Origin: Amoebidium appalachense
Taxonomy: Eukaryota > Protista > Ichthyosporea
Length of the DNA: 64,000 bases
Direction of reading: 5' to 3'
NCBI GenBank assembly: GCA_963693365.1
Contig: CAVNZM010000015.1
Coordinates: forward strand, 2,170,001-2,234,000
Both the position numbers and the translations under genes were made by a program. Below, one piece after another: positions 1 through 17,004 of the stretch. Every line of letters begins with the position of its first letter. Position 1 is the first letter of the stretch. The notes under the pieces were generated by a model. It was not told where the DNA came from, did not search any database, and worked only from the letters and a program-made list of their open reading frames with translations.

Positions 1-256
1 GAATCAAGGGGCAGTCATTGCCTGGAATCTTCATGGTCGTTTGTGGGCACTGCGTGTGCTGGTCTTGTCATAACCAAGAGCTCTCCATTCACTCATATCT
101 GTTCTTCCTGCCATCCCATTCGCGTCATGACACTTACACGTGCACACACGTACAGATGCACAAGTACACGTACACTTAAACGTGCGCACACGTACACATG
201 CACATGTACACGTACACTTACACGTGCACACACGTACACTTACACCTGTACACGTA

Positions 257-3818
<3,562 letters not shown>

Positions 3819-4874
3819 TGTGGGGGCGGGCAGGGGGGGAGGGGGGAGGGGGGATGTACACTGTGCGTGCGTGTGTGTGTGCGTGCGTGGTGGTTTGAAC
3901 GTGTGATTGGCTGCACACGTACGTGTGAAGGAGCGGTACATAGTAGTCATATACATTAGAGGCATCACAGGCAGGTGTTTCACAGCATGGTTTTTTGGTT
4001 TTGTTTTGTTGTTTTTCTTTACCTCACTTGCAATATAACAACTATGTATCCAACACTTGCACGTTGCAATACCATGATTTTAAACTTATTGCCTGTTTTT
4101 TATTGGCTGGCGCACACACCAGTGCCATTCACATTTGGCGCGTGTGCAGGTTTGCAGAGCCTGCCCCTGTGAAAAAAGATGCATTTGGTGACAGATTATG
4201 TAGGGAAATGAAGTAAATTACTGGGTGGTTGTCGAAGTTGAAAGGAAATAAATATGGACATAATGTTACGATCCTGGCCTAGCTCACAACCCTTCGTCGC
4301 ATTGCGACTTTCTGAGTCAGTACACGGGCATACATGACCCTCCCCCCTCCCCCCCCCCCTCCCACCCTCCCCTCCCAACCCCCAACCCCAACCCCCCCAA
4401 AGAAATCACACACGAAAAAAAATGTCATTCAGTACATGGGCATAGACAAGCGTCCCCCTCCCCCCTTCCCTCCCTCCCTCTCTTCCCCTTCCACTGAATT
4501 TTGCACAGGCTTCCCCCTCCCCACGGTTTCAGTACATGGGCACAGATAAGCCCCCCTCCTCCTCCCCCCCTCCCCCCCCCCCCCCCCCTCCTTCATCTCT
4601 CCCCTCCCGCATGGCATGTCATTGGGTATCGATCCCTATCCGCTCTCCCCCACAATGCAAATCACGACATGGAACCCAAAACCTTGGGCCGGTTCTCCCC
4701 TCCCTCCCGGCGCTGCCCCCTCGCCTCCTGGGCCCCCTCCTTCTCTTCCCCCTACCAGCCAATCAACAACTGGCTTTCCCGACTCCCAACAACTTAAAGG
4801 CATCGGTTTCTTCCGGCCCCATCAGCACCCTGACTCCGAGGCTCCCGGCCCTACCGTCACAAATCATGTTGCCG

Positions 4875-4922
<48 letters not shown>

Positions 4923-4927
4923 GACAG

Positions 4928-5174
4928 AGGAAGATTTAGCACTCAGTCTGCACGCACTGAGCAAGTTTTACACCGACGACTATCATGGTACTTAGAAAAA
5001 GAGTGTGCAATTCTGGCGGACCTTCAGATTCTTGCTCAGCACTACACATGTGGCTTGATCATGCGTGTGAGAGCCTGGGGAGACGGTCCAATAAAATATT
5101 AGTGCAAAACCATCATAAACGATACAAATATTTCCTGTACTGTAACCATGTTAGCCCACCCAACCCCCCTCTCT

Positions 5175-5206
<32 letters not shown>

Positions 5207-5761
5207 ACCCCCTCCCCGCCCCCCCCCACACGACAGTGCAACCCCCTCCCCTCCTAATTAGTGCTTAGGGTCGGGCCCGTGTCCTTCAAACGAGGAAGGT
5301 CGGAGTACAACCTTCTTATGGGAAAAGATGAAGGGGGTTGGATCGAAAGCTTTGAGTGAGAAGGGGGAAGCGGGGGGAAGGGGAGGAGGGGGGGAGGGAG
5401 AGGGGGGGAGGGGGGGGGGGGGGGGGGGGGGGGGAGGGGGCATATGATGGGCTATATTCCTGGCGTTTTTGAAGGGCAGGGGGGAATGTGGGGTGGGGGT
5501 GGAGAGTTTGTGGGGGAGACTGAGGGGGGGGGCTTAACGGGTGTGTGTTCCCCGAAAGTATCCGAAACGGTACAAACGAGTTTATCCGTTGCAAAGCAGT
5601 TGGCTGGCAGTATGAACATAGGTGGCAGGGGGAGTTTACACTGTTTACTCGAGGCATGGAAGATCAGTGATCAAACAACACGAACCGTGAGTCCTCGATC
5701 ATCCGTCTATGGCTCGTTTTTTCTTCGTAAGCTTTGCACCAACTTTGATGCCTCCTTCCCC

Positions 5762-5796
<35 letters not shown>

Positions 5797-6156
5797 TGCT
5801 GCTATCCCGCCCAGCCCCCTGCCCCCCTCCCCACAAACCATACCCTGAACCACCACCATCTATTTGCTCGGTCGATCTATCAGCAAACGTGTGTAATATA
5901 TCCAGCATGCACTCTTGCACATCCAAAAATGCAGGCTGCTGTGGCTGCTTGCTGTGGGCGCACGATTTCCTCAAATGTATGGCACAACAATATGTGCCAG
6001 GTCCCGGCAATGCGGCACTCGATTTATTCGTGCGAAATTCCAACTGGAGACTATCACAGTATGTCTATTGATGCGCTCTCATTCAAACTAGGAGAAATCA
6101 ATTTCCAGGCATATCTAAAAGAACTTGAATTTTCGGCACAACCGTCCAGAGGCTGA
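4928..6156 (+). CDS. Possible 3' exons of an unknown gene or gene relic
   Basis: AG..GT segments 4928-4987 and 5559-5686 (strong GTGAGT donor) and AG..TGA segment 5884-6156 are phase-compatible: EEDLALSLHALSKFYTDDYH-VSETVQ...CLLEAWKISDQTTRT-QTCVIY...LKELEFSAQPSRG*. No start exon or family recognised. Confidence 0.3.
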
Positions 6157-7431
6157 ATATTTGGATTGGCTACGAACTGCACTACTATGATTCTAGAGAA
6201 GCCTAAATACTGGAAATAATATGTATATAGACAGCTTTTTGTTACCATTATATAACAAAATAGTTTTTATGTCGTTTTCTGCATCAACATTCGTAATGTT
6301 TCTGCCCTTTTACCTTCTTCGTCATTTTATTGAAAACTTGGTGTAGCCTCCCATTCGCCATCTATCACAAATGGCTAAAATGTTTGTGCACGGAATATTT
6401 TGATTAGCCTACCATCATATGATCTCAACTTGTTGCGTATACATTTTTAAAGGTACTGCCTCCGTAGCGTAAAAAAAGAAATAGCAGACGTTCCTGTAGT
6501 ATTGGTTTGCACAATGAAGCTAATAATTCCCTTTCAAATCTCACAGTTGTTTCCAAATACTGTATTAGTTATATCCCTGGAAGGACAACCATTATTCCCA
6601 TTGGTTACATATCACAGGTTAGATATAACATCCAATCATCGCTTTCCAAATCTGTATAAAACACATGAACCGCTTCAAGGGCTCTTCACTTTTCGTGGCA
6701 TTTCTTTGAGGGTGGATGTTTTTCCCTCTGACAAAACAAAAAATACAGACAAACTACCGGACTGGTAGGTATTTTTGCGCACACATCTTATACGCGGCAC
6801 ACCCCTTTATCTTATCGACGGATATTCCGTCCCTCCACCATCTTGTAATTGGGAAAAATTCGGTCGAGGCATATGTGAAGGTACTGTCTAATTTTTTTCC
6901 AAAAATCGGCGATTCAACCTCCTGATTTTTACCAACCCAAATCACTGGATCTATTTTCGACCCAATCCGACCGGCTTTTCGGACCGCTTATCCAATAAAA
7001 ATATTCGGGGGTGCGTATTAGTTTCGTGAAAGCGATATGTGCAGGTACTGTCTATGCTTGCATTTTACTGTGTTACAATGCAACAACCTTATTTTTGTTT
7101 TAATGATCATGTGCACCCTCTCACAGAATCATTCCCCCCTCCTCCCCCTCCCCCCCCCCCCCCCCCCGTCCCCTCCTCCCCCCTCCCCACCCTTCCCCCA
7201 ACTCCCCACCCACCTACCCACCCACACGCACACACACAGTGTCACACACAGAAAAAAAAAAACACCCGTTTTCCCTTCCATGCACATATACACCACCACA
7301 CGGACACACATACCCGCACACGCTCCAAATAGTTAATACTGGCCTATAGCGTAATATTCGCTAAAGGGGGCAGTAGTATATCATTTACTGGGTATAGGAG
7401 GGAGCTCCCCAGCAGCCGAACGGGGGAGTGT

Positions 7432-7462
<31 letters not shown>

Positions 7463-7963
7463 GGAAGGGGGAGGGGAGGGGGAGGGGATCCGGGGACTCT
7501 GTGAGGAGGGGAGGGGGAGGGGATCCGGGGACTCTGTGAGGGAGGGGGGGGGAGGGGGGGGGGGGGGGGGGGGAAGGAGGGGGAGGTCACCGGTCACCTG
7601 AGGGGCCCGGTGGGTCGGTGGAGGGGTGCCACTGGGTGGGTGGAGGGTGGATATGGGTGTGCTTGTGTGTACAAAGGGAAGGGTGGAGGTACGAAGGTTT
7701 CCGCTTGCAATCTAGAAAAAAACCCCCCATTCTAGGGGAGGTTGGGGGTGGGCTCGGGGCTCAGCGTGACCCCCCTCCCCCCCTCCCCCCCCCCCCCCCC
7801 CCCGGCCAAAAACACACAGACACACACACAACCTCCCCTCCCCCCCATAGTCGTGAGGGGTTGCCTTTTTAATAGGCTCAAACTAATAGCCCTTCTGTTC
7901 CAAATGTAGTCCTCCCTTAAGGTTTAAGAAGAAGGATTTCCAGCCAGCCGCGCACCTCGGGGA

Positions 7964-8012
<49 letters not shown>

Positions 8013-8333
8013 GGAGGGAGGGGGTATCTCATGGTATTTTCCCTTCGGGGTTGTTTTTTTTCTTCTATAGGCAGCACCTTTTGTTGTCGATGCATATGTA
8101 GACTAGGATATCTGTGGTGGTACAGTAGAAACATGTATAGGCTGACATATCTGCGATATCCATGATACAGGAGAGTATACATCCGGTAGATACTTACGTA
8201 TGTATAGGATAACGTTTACGTGGTAGATAAGCAAGCAGGCCAACATATAAAAGTGGTAGATATGCAGGTAGACCAATGTAAAAAGAAGAAATCAATCAAT
8301 TAATGGGGGGCGAGTTGTTGTAAAGAAGGGTAA

Positions 8334-8378
<45 letters not shown>

Positions 8379-10245
8379 GCAAATTAAATGCATAGAAAAA
8401 GGGGAGAGTGGGGGGCTTCGTGGGGCAGGGGGAGGGGGGATGGGGAGAGGGGGAGGGAGGAGGGAAGGGGCGGTATTGGTGGTGCGGTGGTGGTGTGTGT
8501 GTGTGTGTGTGTGTGAGGGGGGAGGGGGAGGGGGGGTTCCTTGTGGGGTGCAGATAGAGAACTTGAAGGGGGATATCGGTCGGGGGCAGTGTCAAGGGTA
8601 TCGGGTTGCCCGGGTGTGCGGCAAGGGGGAGGGGGGAGGGGGGATCCGGAGGGGGGAGGGGGGAGGGCCGGGATAACAGGTGGGTAGGGGATAATGGTCC
8701 CGATAGGCTAAGGACCTGGGGGGATGGGGGTGTATGTGTGGAGCAGGGGGCGGGGGGGGGGGCGAGTGTATGGGGTGTTGGGGGGATGGGGGTGTATGTG
8801 TGGAGCGGGGGGGGGGAGAAGGGGGGGGATCGGGGAGGGACTCGGGAGCCGGGGAAGTCCTAGGGCAGGGAGTAAAGAGGAGATATCGAGAGGAGAATGT
8901 GTAGTACTGCTTTGTCGAGTGCTGTTGGTGTGTGTGTGTGTGTGTGTGCGTGTGGTGTGTGTGCGTGCGCGTGTGCATGTGTCGCCGTGTGTGTGTGTGT
9001 GTGTGTGGTGTGTGTGTGCGCGCGTGCATGTGTCGCCGTGTGTGTGTGTGTGCGAGTGTGTGAATGGATCTATGACGGTGTCTGTGACTGTTCACATACC
9101 CTCGGTGTCACAGTGTGTGTGCGTATAAGGCGAATGCAGGAATGCAAGCAACCTGCCTCACGTGCACGTGTATTTGTGTCTCATGGTGTCTTCCGCGGGT
9201 TGATATGCGCTCAATATTGCCATAGCTATGTGTTTTTGTTTTTATCGTTTTTATTAACGTGTGCCTGTGCGCATTCAGCATGTCTTATCTAGCCGGTCAT
9301 GATTCACATCACCATGCACATACATAAAATAATATAGCTGCCATCAAGTGTGAACCCTAAGGGGTTGACACGGCAATCCTCAAGATCTCAGCTTAGTTGT
9401 AAAAAAGCGCGATTATGACCGTGAAACACCTCCCCGATTAGCACCCCAACTTGCAGCACGCAGTACCATACTTGGGGCTTCTCTTAGAACCACGTCACAT
9501 AGATGGAACGGAATACCTTGATGATTGTACACAGTCAGTATGCACCCAGACTACCACAATAATTTCACCCACTATTCTCCTTACAACGTCCTGAACGAAG
9601 AGAGCTCCCGCACCCAGCGCAAAGACACAAAACCATCACGGCACTTCAATTATGCAAAGAGGGTCAATGTTACCGAAGCACAAAATTATAGACGTACATT
9701 ATATACAGGAATTATCAGATTCGATGATTCGCAGCCAATCAGATGCCCTCGCTGTCAGCAGCCGTGGGGTCAGTTCTGCCGTTGCTTTTGTTTGCCGCCT
9801 GCTGAGACCTTAGAAAGTCCAGGTGGGGGTACATCGTGTGTAGCAGCATCTGGGAGGGCGCGGAAGAAAGATCAGCCTTAGTCGGCATGTTTGGTTGGGT
9901 AATTCAATAAAAACACGGGCCAAACATGAATGTGCAAAGGGCAAGCGATACTAACCAGTGAAGTAGAATAATTTCTGATTTCTTCTGGAGATGCTCTTTG
10001 TATAAACCAGTTTCGGCTCAGAGAAACACGCAAAGTGGAAAGGGATCCCCCCCCCCCCCCCCCCCCAAAAAAAAAAAAAAAGCAAATAAATAAACATAAA
10101 AAATGAAAAGAAGAGAAAAGAAAAAAAAAGAGAGAGAAAGGAAGAAAGAGCAGAAACGAAACGGGAGGGGCAAAAAAAAAAAAAACTAACAAATGAAACA
10201 GTTAAAATGAAATGAACCAATAGGAAATTAGAAACAAAGCAGGGG

Positions 10246-10630
10246 CTAGAGTTTGCCCATGAAGACCGACAGCCAAACTGTAGCGCCATGCTGGTCGATA
10301 CGCTAGCGTACATGTGTGCAGGGTGTTCCCGACAGTGTGTATAGCATAATACTTTCTCATGCCACATGCATTTCTAGAAACGACTAGAGAAGTAGGAATA
10401 TGCCAATGAGCGGAAGCAAGGGTCAACTAAGTTCCCAGTCAGTGATGTCAATGCGGGATGGAGGCATATGCATGTTAGCTATGCATCGTGACTGGTAAAC
10501 TATTCAGTAAGTCTAATTAATTTTATTAAAAGGCCTTTTGCAGGTGTCAATGTGCCTGTCTGCATGTGTGGTTGAGTGTGCGTGGCTCTGTACACTCGTG
10601 TGTGTGTGTGTTTTGAAGAAAGCAATGTCT

Positions 10631-10692
<62 letters not shown>

Positions 10693-11082
10693 AGGGTGGG
10701 GGTGGGGGGTTGAATGCGCCATGAAGCACAAAGCACACATATACAACGGACAACACGATGCAGAGTGCAAACCACGCATTGAAGAATACGTCGTACACAT
10801 TCATGATCGACAACACAACACTAGAATTGGCAAAGCACACACATGGTATGCATCATAGGCAGAGCCCATCCTCGGGGCTCCCGGAGGGGGGGGGGAGGTG
10901 GGGGCTCTACCTGATAGCTGTAGCGAATTTCGGACATGGACTGGCCAATAGAGGCAGCCTGGGCTAGCACTCTGTCGGTAGACCTCTCCATGGCGTCTGG
11001 GGGGAAATGGGTGAGTGTGGGTTGGGGAACATGTAGCTGAACGGACAGCATTCCTTGGGAAAGGGGCTGGTGGGGGAGTCCA

Positions 11083-11119
<37 letters not shown>

Positions 11120-11218
11120 GAAAGAGTAACAGGGAGAACAAGGGGGAAGGGGGAAGGGGGGGGGGGGGGGGGGGACGGGGGAAAAAGAGGGGTTTAAAAC
11201 GTCACAGGATACCCCCCG

Positions 11219-11256
<38 letters not shown>

Positions 11257-11493
11257 AGAATCGTGTGGAGGAAGAAAGATATCCCGGGCCTTTATGAAAT
11301 CTTTGAAGGCGGGTTTAAGGAAGAGAAACAAACAAAACAAAACAAAAAAGCTCGATACAACATCTAGGTCCCCCCCCCCCCCCCCCCCCCCCCACACACA
11401 CACACCAAAAAAAAGTAAATGTCCGATACATCGAAGCAACTGCAAGGGCACATTTTTTGGTGTGTGAGTGTGTGAGTGTGTTGAGGAGGAGGA

Positions 11494-11547
<54 letters not shown>

Positions 11548-12274
11548 AGGGAGGGGGCAAAGTGTTAATGCCAAAAGCAAAGGAGCAATTTACGTTCTTT
11601 AGGCAGAGCCCAGTGGGGCTATAACAGAACAGGTCTTTGCAGGTGAGAGTGTCCGAAAACGGGAACCCTCGTTCTTTACATGTTTTTGTGTGTGTGTGTG
11701 TTAGGGGGGGGGAGGGGGAGGGGGTTAAAAAAGTGCCATGGAGTACGAGATCCACATTTACGATGAACAACACAAGGCATAAGTTGCAGAGCACACACGG
11801 GTGGGGGGTGGGGGAAAGGGGGGGAGGAGGGGGGGGGGGGTGGGGGGGGGGGGGAAGAGAGGGCGGGAGTGGGTGAAAAGCAGGAAAACTTTTTTCTCCC
11901 GGCTTTTCTGTGGAGCTTCGAGTGAGCTAGTCAGTAGATGATGAGAGTGCAGACAGGAGGATTAACGAGTAGGTGAGTGCGTGCATGATGGGAGGAATCA
12001 ACACGTGACCGAGTGAGCACGTGACCCAGGTACTGTGTGCACCCACCTATCCTTTGGCTGACCTTCTCCAGCTGGGCCTCAATCCGATCCAGTCTCTCCT
12101 CCTGGCGGTGGTACAAAGTGTTTGTTTTGAAGCTGATGTGGTTCTCGATGTGCTCGTCTCCCTTCTCGGCTAGTTGCTGTGGGAATTAAAATGAAATCAG
12201 TTACTTATCGTTGCAAACCGGGGTTAGAAGGGGGAAGGGGGGGGGGGGGAGAGAGAGGGGAGGGAGGAGAGGGG

Positions 12275-12311
<37 letters not shown>

Positions 12312-14016
12312 GAAAGACGGGGGAAGAGGGAGGGGGGGGGGGGGGGGAAGGGAAAGGGGGTCGTGGCTTCCAACCCTAGGGGAAAAAAAAAAGAGCCCAA
12401 TCATAGACAATCAAAGTCTAAGTGGAACAGTGGCACCTGACGAAATCATGGTCCTACTACACTATCTTGGGTTCTCACTTCGAAACATAAACCGCCTGGT
12501 GGAACAGGGTTTTACCTCCACCACCTGACACCTCCACGCTGGGTCCCAGAGAAGTAGCCGTTAATCCATCACGGTGTCCCCCCCCCCCCTCCGTTCTTCC
12601 CACAAACCCCTTCCCTAGTCCCCGTGCTCTAGTGCCTCCTTCCCTTCTCGTCCTCCCCCCCTCCTCCCAGTAGGGCTCCCCCGTTTCATATCTCTGCCAT
12701 CCCCTTAAAACTTGCATAACTTTGGCCCCCACGCATATAATGTGGCTGGTACACGGACTATATTTTCGAAGTTTACCGAACGTCTCGAAACAGTAGTATA
12801 ACGGCCTTTGTCGGCTGAGTAGGATGGGGAGGAGGAACAGATGTTATAAAAAGAGGGGAGATGGGGGGGGGGGGGGGGGGGAGGCAGGGAGGTGAGCTCT
12901 TAGACAAGATGGGAAAAGGGGGGGATGAGGGGGGGGGGTGGGGGGGGGGGGGGGGGGGGGGGGGGGGGAGGTGGGGAGGAGGAGGGGGGGGGGGGTAGAC
13001 AAACTTTGAGTGCCCTAAAAGCCATTAACGAGGGGGCTATAACGGAGAAATGAGTGAGGAAAAAAGGGTCCCGGGGCAGATGGGGAGAACGTCAACAACC
13101 AGATCCAACACCCATCACCACCACCCGAATCTCTAAATCAAAACAGGAGAAAGAAACACCATGCTGCCCGAACGTGGATGGCCGTGTGGGAATGTTCTTG
13201 GTGGCAGGGGGAGTTGGATTCACGGGGCATACACACACTGGTAACAGTAGTACAGCAGATAAACAAGGAAATGACACGGAAACGGCAACAGATCCTTGAT
13301 CTGTATAGAAAGTCATGTCGGGGTGAAAGATTTCCTATCACCTGCACAAACCGGCCTCCAAACATGACCAAACTCTGTGTTGTGTTGGTTGGGCACACAC
13401 CTTCAAATGGTCGACACGCTCATCCAGGCGCTCTCTCATAGCCTCAAAGCTGTAAACATGACACTGGTTAGCGAGTTTCTTTTGAATACGGGTTCCCTTG
13501 TCGAACCTTTTCCCATTCTAAAGATGCAGTAGAGGGCAGTTGCCCACATGAGCTGACACTGTGGGCTATAGCAACCACCAACCACACTAACAGCGTCATC
13601 TGACAGCGCAGTGACAAGAAAAGCTGTTACAGGAGAAAAATAAGACCAGGGAGGGTAATAAAGCGGAGGGGAGGAGAGGGGGTGGGGGGTTAATGGGATA
13701 GGAAAAGAGATCTCGAAGAGGCAGAGGGAAGAAACAAGGAGCTAGGCAGAAATTTCGGCAAGGAAGAGTGGGATTACACAAAGGAAATTTAGCTGTAGAT
13801 CCTGCCAACACATATTTATAACGTAGTAATATAACCATTATCTGTGTGCGCTTACCTTTTCTCCTTCCGTGTCTGCAGGGCATCTATGCGCCCCACCACG
13901 TTACTCTCCAGGTCACGCACGGCCGTGCGCACCACACTGATAATACCGAGAAGAAGGGAGAACGCGCCGGCATACGGCAGAAACCGTGTGATACCTTGTG
14001 GTCCGGGGGCAGACAT
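10246..14016 (-). CDS. Hypothetical 156-aa protein with an N-terminal hydrophobic segment and coiled coil
   Basis: Minus-strand exons 14016-13856, 13449-13401, 12176-12047, 10996-10911, 10290-10246, all GT-AG, phases 2/0/1/0 consistent, 471 nt: MSAPGPQGITRFLPYAGAFSLLLGIISVVRTAVRDLESNVVGRIDALQTRKEKSFEAMRERLDERVDHLKQLAEKGDEHIENHISFKTNTLYHRQEERLDRIEAQLEKVSQRIDAMERSTDRVLAQAASIGQSMSEIRYSYQHGATVWLSVFMGKL*. Last exon least certain. Confidence 0.75.
10710..10880 (-). repeat. Diverged copy of the pseudo-LTR 3' end
   Basis: TGAATGCG...ACGGACAACACGATGCAGAGTGCAA...GTATGCATCATAGGCAGAGCCCATCCTC aligns with 44603-44706, with an internal insertion. Confidence 0.85.
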
Positions 14017-14354
14017 CTTCCTTGAAAAACCTTAGGAAAACCTTACAATGTGCTTGGTGGGGTGCAGAAGTTTCAAAAAACGGGCAGAGGTGAACTGGTT
14101 CCGGAAAGTGCAGTGTACCCTGATGTCGCCGGGCGGGGACAAAAATAAACAAATTTTATGCAACCAATGGAAAAATGTAAAAAGATACTTTTTTTGGCTA
14201 GAAGATGATACTATCTAAACCAATCATCGTTTTCCTGTATGCTGATTGGTGAAATCCAAAAACTCAAAAAGCCCGCGTTCGTGATCTTCGTACCTACACG
14301 AACGTTCGTGACGACACTGTCACGACAGGCTCGAGTCACGAGTCGAGTGGACTG

Positions 14355-14422
<68 letters not shown>

Positions 14423-14622
14423 GTGAGAAAAATCTCAGAAAAATTTCCAGCCGGATTTGCCTGTTTCTCTTTTGAGTCAATCTTCTCGCGACCTTGCACA
14501 AGTAAATTTTATGAAAAGACGGAAAAGAAGGACTCCATTTTCAACTCCACCTACGAGCCTTGTGCATGGAAGCAACTCTCAGAATCCGGCTGGGTGGGGT
14601 AATTACTAGTAGGTAATACAGG
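14017..14622. promoter_or_regulatory. Putative bidirectional promoter region containing a (TA)n tract
   Basis: Lies between divergent ATGs at 14016 (-) and 14623 (+). Contains CCAAT/ATTGG motifs, palindrome CACGAACGTTCGTG near 14297 and (TA)n at about 14359-14419. Confidence 0.5.
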
Positions 14623-15606
14623 ATGGGCGATTCATCAGAAGATCCTTTCATTGAACACTGCCCCAGAGGCCAACACGTGGAGCTGCAGCCTTGGGGAAGG
14701 CGCATACATTATCTGTTGGAGGGGCCGGAACATGGACCGCTGGTGGTGTGCATTCACGGTAGGGGTTCCTGCAGCAAGAGATGGGCACATCCTCACCTGT
14801 TTACATGAGCCTTGGCTGCCTGGCTTAGCGCAAACCTCATGCATTTGCACATCACCGCATAACCTACGCTGACTGTAAGAGACGGACGATTTTTTCCTAC
14901 GTGCATCACATTTACGAAACAGGCACCATGATCCCTCCCATGCATGGACACATCTATGGGAACACTGCAAACTTTACTGTGCATCCAACGCAAAGCATGT
15001 AATCATATAAGAAGCTCAACATTTTGATACAGTCGGTAAAAAGCGCTAAGGTTTGTTTCATGTTCCGTTCGAGTCCGTTCCCATCACTTTCTGTCCTCCT
15101 TGCCTCCTTCCCGTGGTCCGCTGTGTGCTGATGTTCCTTCTCATCCTCGGACTTCTGTCTCCTCGCTCGGACTCTTAGCTGCTTCACACACATCCTCAAA
15201 TAACAGTCGGTGTCATGCATCGTTTGGTTCCCCGCTCCCCACCTCCCCCCCCCCCCCTCCCTCCCCCTCCCCCCTCCCCCCGACCTCTTCATATGTATCC
15301 AGCCCTACATACGTACACATTTCCCTCACACATCCCCTGCTCCCCGTCTCTGCCACCCTCCGCCCCCTGTCTCACCAATCACCAGGTGCTGTTAAGGAGC
15401 ATACATACGAAAATCTCTCGACACACGCACGCACGTAGGTACGCATGCACGCACGCACGCACACACGCACACACGCACAAATAAATGCGCTCACGCACGC
15501 ACGCACACACACACACACACACATGCACGCACGCACATGCAGCACACATGTGCCGGTGCGCGCGCACACACACACACGCGCACGCACATGCAGGCACACA
15601 AGCATG

Positions 15607-15662
<56 letters not shown>

Positions 15663-16931
15663 CATGCACACACACAGACACACATGCACACACACACTCG
15701 CACACACACCAACAACCATAAATCAAACACAAAGCTAACAGTTTGGCCTTTGTTTTCCCCCTTAAGCCCCCTCCCCTTCCCCCTCCCCCCGTCCCCCCTT
15801 CAAAACACCCCACTCGCGACCCCACCCCGTCCTTCCCACCTCTCCCTCCTCCCTTTTTCCACCAGGGTTTTCTGCGTTCTGCTGGGTGTGGAACGAAACC
15901 GTGCCCCTTCTGCTTGAAAAGGGCTTTAGGGTTCTGCGGTTCGATTTGTAGGTGCCTCTACCACCCTGCACGTCCTATGGGCAATGCCACGTTAGTCGAT
16001 GGATACCAATTGCATAACTATTTTATTCGTGCTTCGAGGTTTCCGGGTATCTTGAAGAAATAGCTAAAGAGGAAGGAGCCAGGGGGAAGAGGGGAGGGGG
16101 GGGGGTGGGGGGGAGGGGAAGAAAAGCTTTTTCACTAGGCACCTCAGTTATCTTAGCACGAGCACCCAGGGTATGGTAGGGAAAGGAAGGAGGGGCCAAG
16201 CGGGGGGAGGGGGGGGGGGGGGGGGAAGAGGAGTGCAGGATGTCCCACTTTCCATCTCTGTTGCCAAAAGAAAAGAACCAGAGGGGGGGGGGGGGGGGAG
16301 GGGGAGGGGTGGCGATTTATGCACCTCTCATTCCCACTCTGGTAGCGCAAGAACGTGGGCAAGGTGGGGGGAAAGTGGAAAAAGAAGGCGTGTTTTTCCC
16401 CTTTGTTAACATAGCACAAGCATTTAGCGGGAGGGGAGGGAGGGGGGAGACGGGCGGGCGGCGGCGGGGGGGAGGGGGAGGGGAGAGGGGGAGGAGAGAG
16501 GGGGGGGGGTTTCAATATGCACCTCTGCTACCATGACAACGCAGGAGGGGGAGGGGGGTGGGTGGGGGGGGGGGGGGGGGGGGGGGGGGGGACCGAATTC
16601 TCATTATGCTATAGCATAGCACAAGCACCTGACGATCTCGAGGGGGGGGGGGGGGGGGGGGGGGAGGGCGCGGTTGCTCCAGCATGTGGCTGTGTTATCT
16701 TGGTAGTGCTTTTATTGTGGTCGCATTGTTTTACCCCTACACGAACAACAGCACCTCCTTTACCTGCACACAAACCCCAATGCCCAGGGCCAGCCAACTA
16801 ACAGCTTCATCCCCCCCCCCCCCCCCCCCCCCCCCCTCCCTCCCTCCCCTTCCCTCGCCTCCCCCCCCCACGCACAGACACATGTGCATTACGCACCCGA
16901 ACGCATGCACGTGCGCACATCCACATCCACA

Positions 16932-17004
<73 letters not shown>

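Noticed and set aside
4655-5360. LINE relic suggested by MQITTWN (+) and LKAFD (-)
   Set aside because: The motifs are on opposite strands, very short and unsupported by flanking residues.
9525-9881. 118-aa ORF in unique sequence
   Set aside because: No recognisable motifs or splice partners; more likely intergenic or regulatory sequence.
12437-12490. CTGACGA...CGAAAC hammerhead-like pair
   Set aside because: The intervening sequence does not form stem II and no stem III/I was found.
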